The position numbers and the translations under genes are program-made. The notes under the pieces were generated by a model. That model saw only the letters and a program-made list of their open reading frames with translations, did not search any database and was not told the origin of the DNA. Shown here one piece after another: positions 1 through 9,966 of a stretch of 64,000 nucleotides of DNA (its first letter is position 1; every line of letters starts with the position of its first letter). Origin of the DNA: an uncultured virus (IMG/VR IMGVR_UViG_3300008954_000036) (taxonomy: Duplodnaviria > Heunggongvirae > Uroviricota > Caudoviricetes); the IMG/VR virus record IMGVR_UViG_3300008954_000036. One strand, written 5' to 3'.

Positions 1-97
1 ATTTGTATTTTCTTTAGTGGCCATTTCTATTTACTTTTTCCTGGTGTGACAGTGCTTGATTGTGAATCCGCAAGATAAGCTGCAACTGCTTCATTTA

Positions 98-2527
98 TTA
101 GGCCTTTCTAAGAATAAGGTATTGATGGCCTTTCACGCTTCCCTTGTCTGCTATTCCATGTCTTTCACAATGCTCAACGGACTCATTAAAGCTGTCGATT
201 ATTTCGAAGTATTTTTTGGCATAAGGCTTTAAGGATTCAGACATGTCACACTTATCTGAATGACCTAAGTGGAACACTGCATAGCCTCCCTTTTTCAATC
301 TTTCGTGGCATTGAGAAAATATAAAATCATATGCATCAAAAGATTTCTTTTGAATCACTTCTATAAAGCTTTTAGGCTGTGTTTCAAAATCAGTTTTAGA
401 CCAGCCGCTAAACCAATACCGCATCCAGTTAGTCATGTAGAATTTAGTACTATCAAAAAATGGTGGGGAAGTGATAATTGCGTCCAAATCTGCTATTTCT
501 TCTGGCCATGGAGCAAGTATATCGGCCTGATAACAATGTCCGTTAGTAAAAGCATTTGAGCGTTCAGTATCTAATGACTTATTTACTTTTGCCCATAATT
601 TTTCTACCACATTCTTGTATATGAACTCTCCAGTTGGAGCATACGGTGTAATAGGATGGCTGTTCCTACTCAATGCATATGGTCTGTTGCCGTGAAGGAT
701 ATGCATCATGCATGACATTACTAAAGCCCAATTCGCATCTTCAGGCTTGTGATTGCTTGAGAAGAAGTCTCTGGCGCAAAGAATTTCCTCAAAAGTATCC
801 TCATGAAAATAGTCAGGAATTGTTTTGTTAAATTTCACTTCTTGACTATCTTTCGTTGCCTTCTTGGATGGTTTACTTTCCTTAATATGTGCTTCTAGCC
901 TCTCAATGATTTTTGTAACGTCTTCTCTGCAAGGAGCTTTGATTTTTGCATTGCTTAAGCTTGTCGCTAAACCTCCTATATCCATACCATATGAAACCCT
1001 GCCGTTGAGCGCAGCTTCAAATGGAATGGTTCCTGAACCACTAAATGGGTCAAGCACCTTATCACCCGGCTCAGAAAAAACTTCAACTAATTTGAACGCC
1101 AAAGCCGGCTTCATTTTTCCTTGATATGAACATACGGAGTGTAGAGAGCTCCCCCAATTTCTTTTGTTATAAGGACTTTGGAGGTGGGGTAGAGACTCTT
1201 TAAACATGTCCCATTTGATTTCACTCTTATCGGCCATACTGTTAATGGAGATTACTTTACCAGAGTTCTTTTTTTCCAAGACTAGTAATGATTGAGCTAA
1301 GAGAGCGCCTGATTTTGATCTCCTTTCTCTAAGAGTTACTATGTCCCGAGTTTCAAATCCTGAATCTTTTGCAATTTCGCAAAGTATATCGTGTGTTGGT
1401 ACATGTATGCCTGCGTAAATTGAGTCGCCAATATCAATGCAAGCAACTCCACTTGGTTTTAGGTGCTTTGACAGCCCGCTGAAAACAATACCCATTTCTT
1501 CAAAGTAACCAGCAGCCATTTTTGAAATGCGTCCATCGTAGGCGGCCTGAGCAAGTTGATCAATTACGCTTTGGCATGCTGGGTGAATAATATTTCCTTT
1601 GTTCTTAGTTACATCATTAATTCCTGATGTAACAACTTCATCTCTAAAAGACCTTAGGCACTTATCTGTTGAAATGAACCCCATATACCAAAGCTCAAGT
1701 TTGGTGTTTCTAAAATAATTTGTACCGTTTAAATATGGAGGACTAGTTATTACTCCATCAACGTTTAGTGGTTCTAATTCGTGGAGCTGCTTAGCATTGC
1801 GAGCAACTAAGATAGATTCTGCTAGGGAAGTTGGGCAGCGCATGCAGTCATCAGCCATTAGGCGCAACTGCTCTTGAATCGAAGTAATAAAGTCAGGTAG
1901 ACCTTTAGATAACTCCTTTTCGGTTTTAAAACGAACATCGCCAGCTCTTTTGAGCTTTGAGCAAGTTATCAGCTTTGAAATCGCAGCTACTTCTAGAGCG
2001 TTCCCTAATATGGGATTTTGTGCAGAAAGTTTGTTATTAAAATTCCTCAATTTAAGGATGTTTAAAAACATTGCATCATCAAAATATACGCTATTTTTAA
2101 AAGCTGAATTGTATGTGTCCTTCAGGCTACTTTTAGCTGATTGTTCGAGAATATTATCTGGTAGTGAGTCAGCAAGTTCTAAAATGCCTTTGTATACTTG
2201 CTGCTTTTTGCTTTTCGGAAGGGATGCGATTTGGAGTTTAGCATTAATAACTTTTCTCATAGCGGGGTTGATTTCACTATAAAAAGATCTAACCCCCATC
2301 AAACCTAGAGTAAGAGGAGTGGTGCCAACACCAGCAAATGGCTCAAGAATAGATTGAGCTTCAGGCATATAGGTGTCAAAAACTGATCGTACGAATTCCG
2401 AGGAGTAACCTTCTAAATATGCATACCAATCATGCAAATATTCACCTTTACCTCCGGAATGAGTTACATGTTTAGGCTCGATGACAAGTTGTTGGTCAAA
2501 TGATAATTGTTGGGTAGAGTTTTCCAT
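98..2527 (-). CDS. Double-domain amino (N4-C/N6-A) DNA methyltransferase
   Basis: Two sets of MTase motifs: EPFAGVGTT...TSPPY and DPFSGSGT...TSPPF; 809 aa. Confidence 0.85.
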   Translation of the reverse strand: MENSTQQLSFDQQLVIEPKHVTHSGGKGEYLHDWYAYLEGYSSEFVRSVFDTYMPEAQSILEPFAGVGTTPLTLGLMGVRSFYSEINPAMRKVINAKLQIASLPKSKKQQVYKGILELADSLPDNILEQSAKSSLKDTYNSAFKNSVYFDDAMFLNILKLRNFNNKLSAQNPILGNALEVAAISKLITCSKLKRAGDVRFKTEKELSKGLPDFITSIQEQLRLMADDCMRCPTSLAESILVARNAKQLHELEPLNVDGVITSPPYLNGTNYFRNTKLELWYMGFISTDKCLRSFRDEVVTSGINDVTKNKGNIIHPACQSVIDQLAQAAYDGRISKMAAGYFEEMGIVFSGLSKHLKPSGVACIDIGDSIYAGIHVPTHDILCEIAKDSGFETRDIVTLRERRSKSGALLAQSLLVLEKKNSGKVISINSMADKSEIKWDMFKESLPHLQSPYNKRNWGSSLHSVCSYQGKMKPALAFKLVEVFSEPGDKVLDPFSGSGTIPFEAALNGRVSYGMDIGGLATSLSNAKIKAPCREDVTKIIERLEAHIKESKPSKKATKDSQEVKFNKTIPDYFHEDTFEEILCARDFFSSNHKPEDANWALVMSCMMHILHGNRPYALSRNSHPITPYAPTGEFIYKNVVEKLWAKVNKSLDTERSNAFTNGHCYQADILAPWPEEIADLDAIITSPPFFDSTKFYMTNWMRYWFSGWSKTDFETQPKSFIEVIQKKSFDAYDFIFSQCHERLKKGGYAVFHLGHSDKCDMSESLKPYAKKYFEIIDSFNESVEHCERHGIADKGSVKGHQYLILRKA

Positions 2528-2576
2528 TGGAGCCCTATTAACTAATATTCGTTACTGTAAAGATTTGCATAAGATA

Positions 2577-2592
2577 CTGTATATAAAAACAG
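2577..2592. promoter_or_regulatory. LexA (SOS) box
   Basis: CTGT-ATATAAAA-ACAG with the palindrome extended by GATA/TATC flanks, about 50 bp upstream of the MTase start. Confidence 0.8.
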
Positions 2593-2749
2593 TATCAATA
2601 ATTATTTCCAACTTTTTATAGCTTTACGAACGAAATCTGTTTTACTCAGGCCTTCGCTAGCGCAAATTTCATCTAGTTGACTATAAAGTTGCCTTTTAAT
2701 CTCGGGGTCAATTTCTATGACTGTTCGCCCGCTTTTTCCAATACTCATG

Positions 2750-2765
2750 CTGTATGCCTGTACAG
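2750..2765. promoter_or_regulatory. Second LexA (SOS) box candidate
   Basis: CTGT-ATGCCTGT-ACAG fits the CTGT-N8-ACAG pattern. Confidence 0.55.
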
Positions 2766-2816
2766 TTAAAGATGCTGTGCCGTATGTTATATATACGTAT
2801 CTTCTTTTGTTCTTTC

Positions 2817-4343
2817 TTAGTCAAGGCTATGATCTTCATTTACTCTCCTACTAGAAAGCCTATTTAGGGCTTGTTTATAACTACTAGTAGGATAAACCAA
2901 GGGCGTATCTGAAAGCTCTCGCTTAATATCGTTAAAACGGCACTTTGAATGCCTGAGTAAGCCTTCTTGTGCGCTATCTATAAAATCAACGTAAATAAAG
3001 CGTTTATCGTCTCTTGCTCTTAATACTCTGCCTAACCTTTGTATAGATTCAAAGTTGGATAAACCACCAGCTAGGTTAATAAGAACATCCATTTCTTTTA
3101 TGGATAATCCGCTGTTAATAACACTAGTAGCAAGGACTATTTTTAAGGTTCCGGTTTTTATTCTTTCATGAATAATGGGCATAGTTTTTTTAGCGGTTCC
3201 GCCTGTAAGAACTAGCACTTCATCTTCACTAAACTTTTTACTAAGAAGGTGTTTCATTCTCATAATATGAGACTTAAGTTTCACAGATATGAAAACGACT
3301 AATTTTTGGTTTTTGACAAAATCTAAAGTTAGGTTTGCCGCCAATACATTTCTTTCTGAATTAGATTCGATCCAAACTCGATGACGTAATAGGTCTTCAT
3401 TTTTAATAAATCGTAAATCTCCTCTTGGGGTGTGATCCTCTGATAATTCAAAAAATACGCAGTCACCTTGGGCCGTATATCCGTTGTCTTTAAGCTGCTC
3501 TGTGGTGGTCCAAGCTATTTCAGGGCCAAATCTTTGTATACATTTAAGTTTTTGTATATCAGCCTCGGTTTTTTTCTTCTCGCTTTTAGCCTTGAACGGG
3601 GTTCCTGAGAAGCCATAGACCCTAGCACCTTGAAACTTAGCTAAAATTTTATCTGAGCTTTCACATATATGTTTATGGCATTCATCGACTAGTATAAGTT
3701 TGGGCGGGGTTTTAAATTTGTGTAAGTTATTCACTACAGATTTATTAATACCTATGGTAATAGGCTGATCCAAGTTTAATTTACCGTCTCCGACAAGCCC
3801 TATTTTCCAGGGCAGGTATCTCCCTATATTATCCGCATGTTGATAAAGTAATACCTTGCTATGAACAAGAACGAGTGCGGGAAATATTTTTGTAGATTGA
3901 ATGATGCCCGTCATTAATTCGGTTTTACCAGCGTTCACCGCCATGTTTAGGATACCCGTAAAGTTCTTTACAGCTTGATCGTGTGCTTGTTGCTGATAAT
4001 CCCTGAGATTGAGGGGGATAATTGGGCTTGAGTGTACGGAACCTTCAAAATCCTCTGTCTGCTCTTCCTTTGGGCCGTTTACAAGCTGTTTAAAGGGGGA
4101 TAATGCTCTAAAGGTGTAATCTACCCGCTCGGTGTCCAGTATCGTTTTTAACATTGTCCAGGTCCCGTAGGAAATGAATTTTTGATTTTTATTCCTAATC
4201 AGGTAATGGGTTTTGTAGTCGGTTTTCTTCATAAGAAAATTTCTAGTCTTGTATGGGGTTTTAGAAATTTGCCTAAGCCATCCCCTGTCTTGTTCGCAGC
4301 AGTCGATTTCTACTAAATATCCATGTTGTATAAAATTCATCAT
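2817..4343 (-). CDS. Superfamily 2 DNA helicase (UvsW/XPB-like)
   Basis: LRDYQ Q-motif, AVNAGKT Walker A, DECH, SGT, QRLGRVLR motif VI. Confidence 0.85.
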   Translation of the reverse strand: MMNFIQHGYLVEIDCCEQDRGWLRQISKTPYKTRNFLMKKTDYKTHYLIRNKNQKFISYGTWTMLKTILDTERVDYTFRALSPFKQLVNGPKEEQTEDFEGSVHSSPIIPLNLRDYQQQAHDQAVKNFTGILNMAVNAGKTELMTGIIQSTKIFPALVLVHSKVLLYQHADNIGRYLPWKIGLVGDGKLNLDQPITIGINKSVVNNLHKFKTPPKLILVDECHKHICESSDKILAKFQGARVYGFSGTPFKAKSEKKKTEADIQKLKCIQRFGPEIAWTTTEQLKDNGYTAQGDCVFFELSEDHTPRGDLRFIKNEDLLRHRVWIESNSERNVLAANLTLDFVKNQKLVVFISVKLKSHIMRMKHLLSKKFSEDEVLVLTGGTAKKTMPIIHERIKTGTLKIVLATSVINSGLSIKEMDVLINLAGGLSNFESIQRLGRVLRARDDKRFIYVDFIDSAQEGLLRHSKCRFNDIKRELSDTPLVYPTSSYKQALNRLSSRRVNEDHSLD

Positions 4344-4350
4344 ATGATGA

Positions 4351-4380
4351 ATTATAACACAGATTTACGCTATATTCGTA
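4351..4380 (-). promoter_or_regulatory. Extended -10 promoter of the helicase, with upstream TACGAATATAG motif
   Basis: Minus strand reads TGTTATAAT just upstream of the ATG; the 11-bp motif recurs at 16749-16759 and 58212-58222. Confidence 0.55.
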
Positions 4381-4534
4381 CAGGTTTGAAAACCTTTAGC
4401 TTGCCTAAATAGCGGGAAAAATTTTCCCAAAATTCGCCGTCCCCAAAGCACTTTCAAATACCCCTAAATTTTTCAAACAAATATTCAAAGCAAAAAGGTA
4501 AAAGGTGTTTTCTGTTTGTAGGGGTAGAGGGTGA

Positions 4535-4554
4535 AGCTAGCGCTAGCGCTAGCT
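4535..4554. repeat. Perfect 20-bp palindrome AGCTAGCGCTAGCGCTAGCT
   Basis: Self-complementary sequence in the divergent intergenic region. Confidence 0.8.
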
Positions 4555-4730
4555 ACCTGAGCAGGCCTAGAAATATGAGGCCGTGTTACTATTTTCGTGA
4601 TGCGTGTAGTGTATCCTCTTTTTTCACAAAATTTTTCCAGGCCTTGGGATACCACTACCCAAAAAAATAACGCTATCTCTAAAATAAGAACTAGCGCAGA
4701 GCCTGGCGGGGGAACTAAGGGGGTAAAAGA

Positions 4731-5531
4731 ATGAATACTTTAAGGGAACTATTAAATGATTTGGAAGTAGTAGTAGGAGACTGCGAGGCAGAAGAAGATG
4801 CTAAGGCTAGGGATTACGTCGAGGTAGAAAAAGAACTAGACGTAATAATAAAACTAATAGGGGAAAAGGCTTTGGAAGGGAGCCTTTTTGTGTCGCAAGC
4901 AAAAACCATATCCCAGACGGCGGTAACCAGCATCAGTACAGGGATTGAAGCACTTTTTGCCTTGGATTCTTCCTTAGGTATCTTATATAGGGCAAAAGCG
5001 GCGCTCGAGAACCAAAGCCTGGAGGCAGAGGACGAGTTGGCTAATTTAACAACTAGCGAAAAACTTTTAGTTCTATCAAGAACTAAAGGTGACGCTAGTT
5101 CTATACCCGCCCTGGCTAGGGCGTTGAGGGCTAATAGACATGATCCTGTTAAAGTAGAGCTAGGCTTCTACTTTAATCTAGCAACGCTAGAAACAAAAAG
5201 TTTTTCTAGTGTTTCCGAGAAGCTAGGGCTAAGCAAGGAAGATTCCTTTAAATTAAAAGTAGCCTCCAGGCTAAAGAATAGGCTAAAGAAAGAAATAGCT
5301 CAGACAGAAAAAGAGCTGGAAGAATACAGGGGACAGAAATGGGAATACGTTATTAAAGAACAATTTAATAGCGTTGATAAAGTGGAATATGACGCTAAAA
5401 CGGAAACTTGGTCAAAGGTTACTAGAGAAGATAGGCTAGAAAAAATAGAAGGAATTAAAGATAGCCTAAAACTGAATTTCATTTATAGGCAGGCGTATAA
5501 AAAATTGCCAGATTTTAGCTTTAAGGCTTGA
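4731..5531 (+). CDS. Hypothetical coiled-coil early protein
   Basis: 266-aa ORF with a purine-rich leader. Confidence 0.65.
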   Translation: MNTLRELLNDLEVVVGDCEAEEDAKARDYVEVEKELDVIIKLIGEKALEGSLFVSQAKTISQTAVTSISTGIEALFALDSSLGILYRAKAALENQSLEAEDELANLTTSEKLLVLSRTKGDASSIPALARALRANRHDPVKVELGFYFNLATLETKSFSSVSEKLGLSKEDSFKLKVASRLKNRLKKEIAQTEKELEEYRGQKWEYVIKEQFNSVDKVEYDAKTETWSKVTREDRLEKIEGIKDSLKLNFIYRQAYKKLPDFSFKA

Positions 5532-5884
5532 GTCTGGCTTAACTAAGGAGTAAGAATGAGGCCAGGAATTAGCAGATTACCCCTACACAAAATTTTAAGT
5601 TTTAACTAAAGCTCAGGGGTCTATGACCTGGGCTAAAGTTATTAAAGTAGTTAAAAATACGGAACAAATAACCGTATTTTTGGGTAATAAAATTCTCCTG
5701 GGATTTAACCAAGAGAAGTTAGTTAGGAGGATTGTATGAAATTAAAATTAACCGTTTCCAGTAAGGGAACGGCTAATGGAAACCGGATTTGGTAATTACA
5801 TAATCTTTTATGCTATCTTTACGATAGTTTATATACTAAGTATAATCGCTAAAATAATTAGCGAAACTATTAAGGAGTTTGAGC

Positions 5885-6151
5885 ATGAAAAGAATGAACA
5901 AAGACTTGGAGCAAAAAGCCCTAAGTCTAAGAAAAGATCAAGAACTGCTAGGTTATGATTTGGTTGAGGGTAGGGTTCATTTATGTTACCAAGATCAAAT
6001 TAAAATCTACGAAGAAGGATTAAGTAAGCAAATAGGGTATAAAACCTGGGCCGGAGCTTATGAAAGACCTGTTACCTTTAAAGTAGAAAAACAGGAAAAC
6101 AAGCCAAAAGCACCTACCCCTAACCCTATAACTAAGCTTAAATCAAAATAA
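5885..6151 (+). CDS. Hypothetical protein
   Basis: AAGGAG RBS before the ATG at 5885. Confidence 0.55.
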   Translation: MKRMNKDLEQKALSLRKDQELLGYDLVEGRVHLCYQDQIKIYEEGLSKQIGYKTWAGAYERPVTFKVEKQENKPKAPTPNPITKLKSK

Positions 6152-6169
6152 GATAAACAAAGGAGTAAG

Positions 6170-6526
6170 ATGAAAAAAACAGAGGCGGTAGCTCTTGCTA
6201 AAAAAGCAGGGGCTACTTTGACTTTCTCCGGGGCTTGTATTACCGGACTAAAAAGAGGAAGCAGTACAACTAAGCTTAGCATTCAGCTAGGAGATAAGAA
6301 AGCTAAAAATAAGTTACTTTCTAATCTTGAAGTTAGGGAGTACACAGCAGAAGAGAAAGCAAAAATAAATAAGACTAAGAGAAGTATGCTTGTCAGAGTT
6401 AGAGAGCAGATAGAGAACTGCACCTATCTTTTGGACTTCACAACTTTAAGCCCGGAGGAAGGTAAAGAAGTAGAAAGAGTAAAGGCTAAATTTTACGAGC
6501 TTAAAGAAGAGCTTTTAAAACTTTAG
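6170..6526 (+). CDS. Hypothetical protein
   Basis: AAGGAG RBS; 118 aa. Confidence 0.65.
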   Translation: MKKTEAVALAKKAGATLTFSGACITGLKRGSSTTKLSIQLGDKKAKNKLLSNLEVREYTAEEKAKINKTKRSMLVRVREQIENCTYLLDFTTLSPEEGKEVERVKAKFYELKEELLKL

Positions 6527-6551
6527 ACTAAACATTAACTAAGGAGAAAGA

Positions 6552-6830
6552 ATGAAAAAAAAGGAAGTAGAGATAGGACAGTGTTATAGAGTTAAAATTA
6601 GTGGTAAAACCACCGTAGTGCAAATTACGCACTTAGGAAACCAGAAGGGATGGTGGGCCGTTAATTTAAGAACTGGGAGGGACGTAAGAATTAAGTCTGC
6701 GGCTAAGCTTAGGAAGCATGTCGGAGATCGCAAACGAGCAGAAGCTTACCTTTCATTGCTTGATAAAATTAAGGAAAAGTTAGCTTTAAGGAGAGGGGCA
6801 TTTAATGAAGTTCAAAGTCAAAGTGAGTAG
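6552..6830 (+). CDS. Small basic phage protein (SH3-like beta fold suspected)
   Basis: ATTAACTAAGGAGAAAGAATG leader; pattern GWWAVNLRTGRDVRIKSAAKLR. Confidence 0.65.
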   Translation: MKKKEVEIGQCYRVKISGKTTVVQITHLGNQKGWWAVNLRTGRDVRIKSAAKLRKHVGDRKRAEAYLSLLDKIKEKLALRRGAFNEVQSQSE

Positions 6831-7011
6831 AATATTATCGTCTACCCGCACAGTTGAGGTAGAGTTGACAGAAGAGGAAGTAAGTAAGAATGAACAGCTG
6901 GGAGTTTTACACGGAGCCGTAAAACTAGAAGCTTACAAAAAATTAAAAAGGGAAAAATGGTTCTCCCCTAACAGAGAACCAGAATACGTATTGGAGGTTA
7001 TAGAAGAATGA
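6805..7011 (+). CDS. Hypothetical protein
   Basis: Overlaps both neighbouring ORFs; purine-rich RBS. Confidence 0.55.
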   Translation: MKFKVKVSRILSSTRTVEVELTEEEVSKNEQLGVLHGAVKLEAYKKLKREKWFSPNREPEYVLEVIEE

Positions 7012-7319
7012 CTACAGACGAAGATTTAGAGCTAGAAATATATGTGGTTACTGGAAACAGTAACCTGAAAGAATCAGAAAAAATAGTGAATAAGGTAATG
7101 ACTTCTTTTAATAACATACTAGGAGATTTACAGGAAGATAGGTTTACTACTGATGATGTATATGCGGAAGCTCTAACCCTAAGTTTAATGCTAGGTTGTA
7201 AGGTATTAAAGCTCATGGAGTACGGAGTATTTTACATAGTGTTTGATTACACGCATGAGCTAAAACAAGAGGACATAGAGCTAGAACCCTGCTCTATAGA
7301 ACAAAGGAGTATTAACTAA
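7008..7319 (+). CDS. Hypothetical protein
   Basis: ATGA overlap with the upstream gene; GGAGG RBS. Confidence 0.6.
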   Translation: MTTDEDLELEIYVVTGNSNLKESEKIVNKVMTSFNNILGDLQEDRFTTDDVYAEALTLSLMLGCKVLKLMEYGVFYIVFDYTHELKQEDIELEPCSIEQRSIN

Positions 7320-7594
7320 TGAAAAAGAAAAATGAATGGCTAGAAATAGCCAAGAAAGAAAAGGACGTAGAGGTTCTACTAGGTAAGATATGGAGACATG
7401 TAGAACCTAATTACGACGAACTGGAAATTATTGACCCAAAGAAATATAGGGTCAATAGGGCCTGGTTTATAGAGGTGGCAGAGTACGTAAGGGATAACCC
7501 AGATCAGTTTAATGAAAAGTTACAAGCAAAGGGAACTACACCTGCCATTGTATTTAATATGTTATGGCTCAACTACGGGCCAAAAGCTGTCTAG
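7319..7594 (+). CDS. Hypothetical protein
   Basis: TAATG coupling; AAGGAG RBS. Confidence 0.6.
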   Translation: MKKKNEWLEIAKKEKDVEVLLGKIWRHVEPNYDELEIIDPKKYRVNRAWFIEVAEYVRDNPDQFNEKLQAKGTTPAIVFNMLWLNYGPKAV

Positions 7595-7622
7595 GCTTAA
7601 CCATTAACTAAGGAGAAAGAGA

Positions 7623-8786
7623 ATGTTTAGTATACATAATAGAGAATTTAAGAAAGCGCTTAAGGTGCTAAAAACTGTCACCGGTACTAAGTTAGAAAAA
7701 TACCCTAAGCCGGTATTGGATTATGCGGTATTGGACGAAGACTATATTACATATGTACATAAAAGACTAACTATTAAAATACCGATAAATGTAATTAAAG
7801 ACTACTCCGTAAAAGGAGAAGTAATTTTCCCGGTGAAGGATGCTATATATATAGCAGATATGTTAGACGAAAAAGGAGCTATTCTAGTAGGGGCAAACGG
7901 GATTAAGCAGGGGGAAATAAACTATACGTATGCTAAAAGCATTAGACCAGATCAGTATAGCTTAGATATAACGGCCTATACTGATAGGAATGAGCCTGTT
8001 GCTACGTGGGAAACCAGAGGGGTTACTTTAAATAAAGAAAAGGTTTTAAGGGCTATGGAGTTTGGGGAAATCTTTTGTTCTACCAGTAATATAAATGTAC
8101 AAGGCGCACCTAATCTATGCCTTGCGTATAACAAAGCTACTAACGTTGTGGAGCTTGTTGGCACAGACGAATGTGCCTTGAGCTTAGGGGCTGCACCTAT
8201 TGAGGAAAGCTTTTTTAAGGAAGAATTCAAATTTGTTTTTATGGTTAAGCATCCGGCTATCCTTAAGAAGTTACTTAAGCTACTGCCAGACAGAAAACTT
8301 ATTCTGTACTATTCCGAAGATAAGCTAAGGTTTATTTTCCCAGAGTCGGAAGTAGTTTTACAGCTAAAAGCCGCACACAACGATTTTTACAACTACAGAG
8401 ACTATATAACTAAGGGGAAAACTCACTGTACTGTTAGGGCGGCAGAAATCAAAAGCACCTTAGAGCGTGTGGTCAAGATAGGGGCAGTGCCTAACAATAA
8501 ATATAACCCTATAAAAAACAAAGCCGTGAAAGAAGCTATGTGCTACATAAATAAGGAACTAACCTTATTGGTGGCAGATAGAGGAATGGGGGAAATATCG
8601 ACCCCGATTGAGGCGGAGGTGATAGAAAAAATAGAAAAAGAAGTAGCGTTTAACCCTAACTATTTATTGAAACTAGTTAAGGCGGCTAAAAAGTTGCCTA
8701 TAAATATTTCCTTCCGAGGGGCGGAATGCCCTATAGATTTCACAGTGGGGGAACACAGGGCAATAGTAATGGCACTTAGGCAGTAG
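7623..8786 (+). CDS. DNA polymerase III beta-clamp-like protein (divergent)
   Basis: 387 aa, the size of a clamp; C-terminus EVAFNPNYLLKLVKA...AIVMALRQ resembles DnaN FNxxYLxD...IMPMR; VGTDECAL resembles VATDGHRL. Confidence 0.65.
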   Translation: MFSIHNREFKKALKVLKTVTGTKLEKYPKPVLDYAVLDEDYITYVHKRLTIKIPINVIKDYSVKGEVIFPVKDAIYIADMLDEKGAILVGANGIKQGEINYTYAKSIRPDQYSLDITAYTDRNEPVATWETRGVTLNKEKVLRAMEFGEIFCSTSNINVQGAPNLCLAYNKATNVVELVGTDECALSLGAAPIEESFFKEEFKFVFMVKHPAILKKLLKLLPDRKLILYYSEDKLRFIFPESEVVLQLKAAHNDFYNYRDYITKGKTHCTVRAAEIKSTLERVVKIGAVPNNKYNPIKNKAVKEAMCYINKELTLLVADRGMGEISTPIEAEVIEKIEKEVAFNPNYLLKLVKAAKKLPINISFRGAECPIDFTVGEHRAIVMALRQ

Positions 8787-8788
8787 TA

Positions 8789-8852
8789 ACTACGAAACTA
8801 CTTACTAGAAATAGTAAGTAGTCTACAGGTTAAACCTGTACTGATGAGTAGT
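8789..8852 (+). ncRNA. Type II hammerhead ribozyme (copy 1); predicted cleavage after C8823
   Basis: ACUAC-GAAA-C[UACUUACUA gaaa UAGUAAGUA]GUC-[UACAGG uuaaa CCUGUA]-CUGAUGA-GUAGU: complete catalytic core and three stems. Confidence 0.92.
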
Positions 8853-9001
8853 AACGGGCGATAACTCCTGCTGTGTGAGAGTAGGGGGAAGGTGGATAAA
8901 CTAGCAAGTGAGCTGGGCATAGATATACAGTGGCATAGTATCCATCCTTCCTTATTTTACTTGGGGAGGGAATACTACTTCTCGGAAATTAAAAGCTTTG
9001 T

Positions 9002-9301
9002 GTGAAAACTGTGTGCAAATCAGAAAGTGGTAAATATCTAGGCAGATTTAAAGACGGTATATTCTGTAATCCCATAGAGTATGTCTTAGAATCTGATAAC
9101 CCGGGGGCTAAACCTAGAGAGCTGGGTTTAGGGGGCTGGTTAAAGCTTCTAGAGGTAGAGAAGAAAGAAGACCTACAATCATTAGGATTTATCTTAATTG
9201 ATGTGAGGGCTGTTAAAAAAGAGGAGACTAAAGAAGTCTCCTGGGTAGAGCAGGTTAACCAACTACTAAAAGAGTATTGGGAAGTAGTTGAAAAGGAGTA
9301 A
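9002..9301 (+). CDS. Hypothetical protein, sharing a motif with 13020..13421
   Basis: LGGWLKLLEVEKKEDLQSLGFIL vs LGFWLKKMECDSAGELEDLGFIL. Confidence 0.55.
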   Translation: MKTVCKSESGKYLGRFKDGIFCNPIEYVLESDNPGAKPRELGLGGWLKLLEVEKKEDLQSLGFILIDVRAVKKEETKEVSWVEQVNQLLKEYWEVVEKE

Positions 9302-9418
9302 GGCGCAGAATATTTGAGCCTATTACAAATAAAGACAAGAAATTACTTAATGTAAGTAGTGCCGGGATCACTCGAATTGAGTGGAAAAGTTAAGAATTTA
9401 AAATTAAGGAGAAAGATA

Positions 9419-9949
9419 ATGGAAGTTACTTTGTATTTTAAAGTAGAGGAAGATTTAAAAGGCAAACTAGACGTAAGTTTGGATATCTATTCAACCTGCA
9501 TTTTGGAAGCCATAACAGATTTTATAGAAGATAATGAATTAGTCGATTCCGTGGATGACTTGGAGGAAAGAATAACAATTCAAAGATTTGAGGAAGATGA
9601 GTTTAATGAGTTATTAATAAATGCAGGACAAGACCAGCTAGAAACTAGCTGGTCTGAGTTGGCTTTTTTATATAATAACTACTCTGATGAATTAGTGTCG
9701 GCATGGTTATCTTATTTTGTAAAAGACTCTAGTAGTTTTAGATATATAGAGAAGAGCTATTTTATCGATAACCTAGTAGGGGAGTTTAATTCAGAAAGAG
9801 ATTTTGCAGAAACTAAAGCTATAGAAAATGAGGTAATAACAAGACAAAACTTGGAATACTTGGAATGGGAAATTTACCTAAAAGATTTAACAAGCGACTA
9901 CACTATTTTAGATTTACCCCGCGGCGGTATTGTGGTTTTTACGGCTTAA
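9419..9949 (+). CDS. ArdA-like antirestriction (DNA mimic) protein
   Basis: Very acidic; C-terminus GEFNSERDFAE...YLEWEIYLKDLTSDY matches the ArdA pattern; AAGGAG before the ATG at 9419. Confidence 0.65.
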   Translation: MEVTLYFKVEEDLKGKLDVSLDIYSTCILEAITDFIEDNELVDSVDDLEERITIQRFEEDEFNELLINAGQDQLETSWSELAFLYNNYSDELVSAWLSYFVKDSSSFRYIEKSYFIDNLVGEFNSERDFAETKAIENEVITRQNLEYLEWEIYLKDLTSDYTILDLPRGGIVVFTA

Positions 9950-9966
9950 AACAAAGGAAAAAGAGA

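Noticed and set aside
269..2282. Plus-strand ORFs opposite the methyltransferase, and similar antisense ORFs within structural genes
   Set aside because: Shadow frames of long genes, with no RBS or recognisable motifs.
5531..5776. A third ribozyme among the hairpins after the 4731 gene
   Set aside because: Hairpins are present but I found no hammerhead or other ribozyme core; short ORFs may explain the region.
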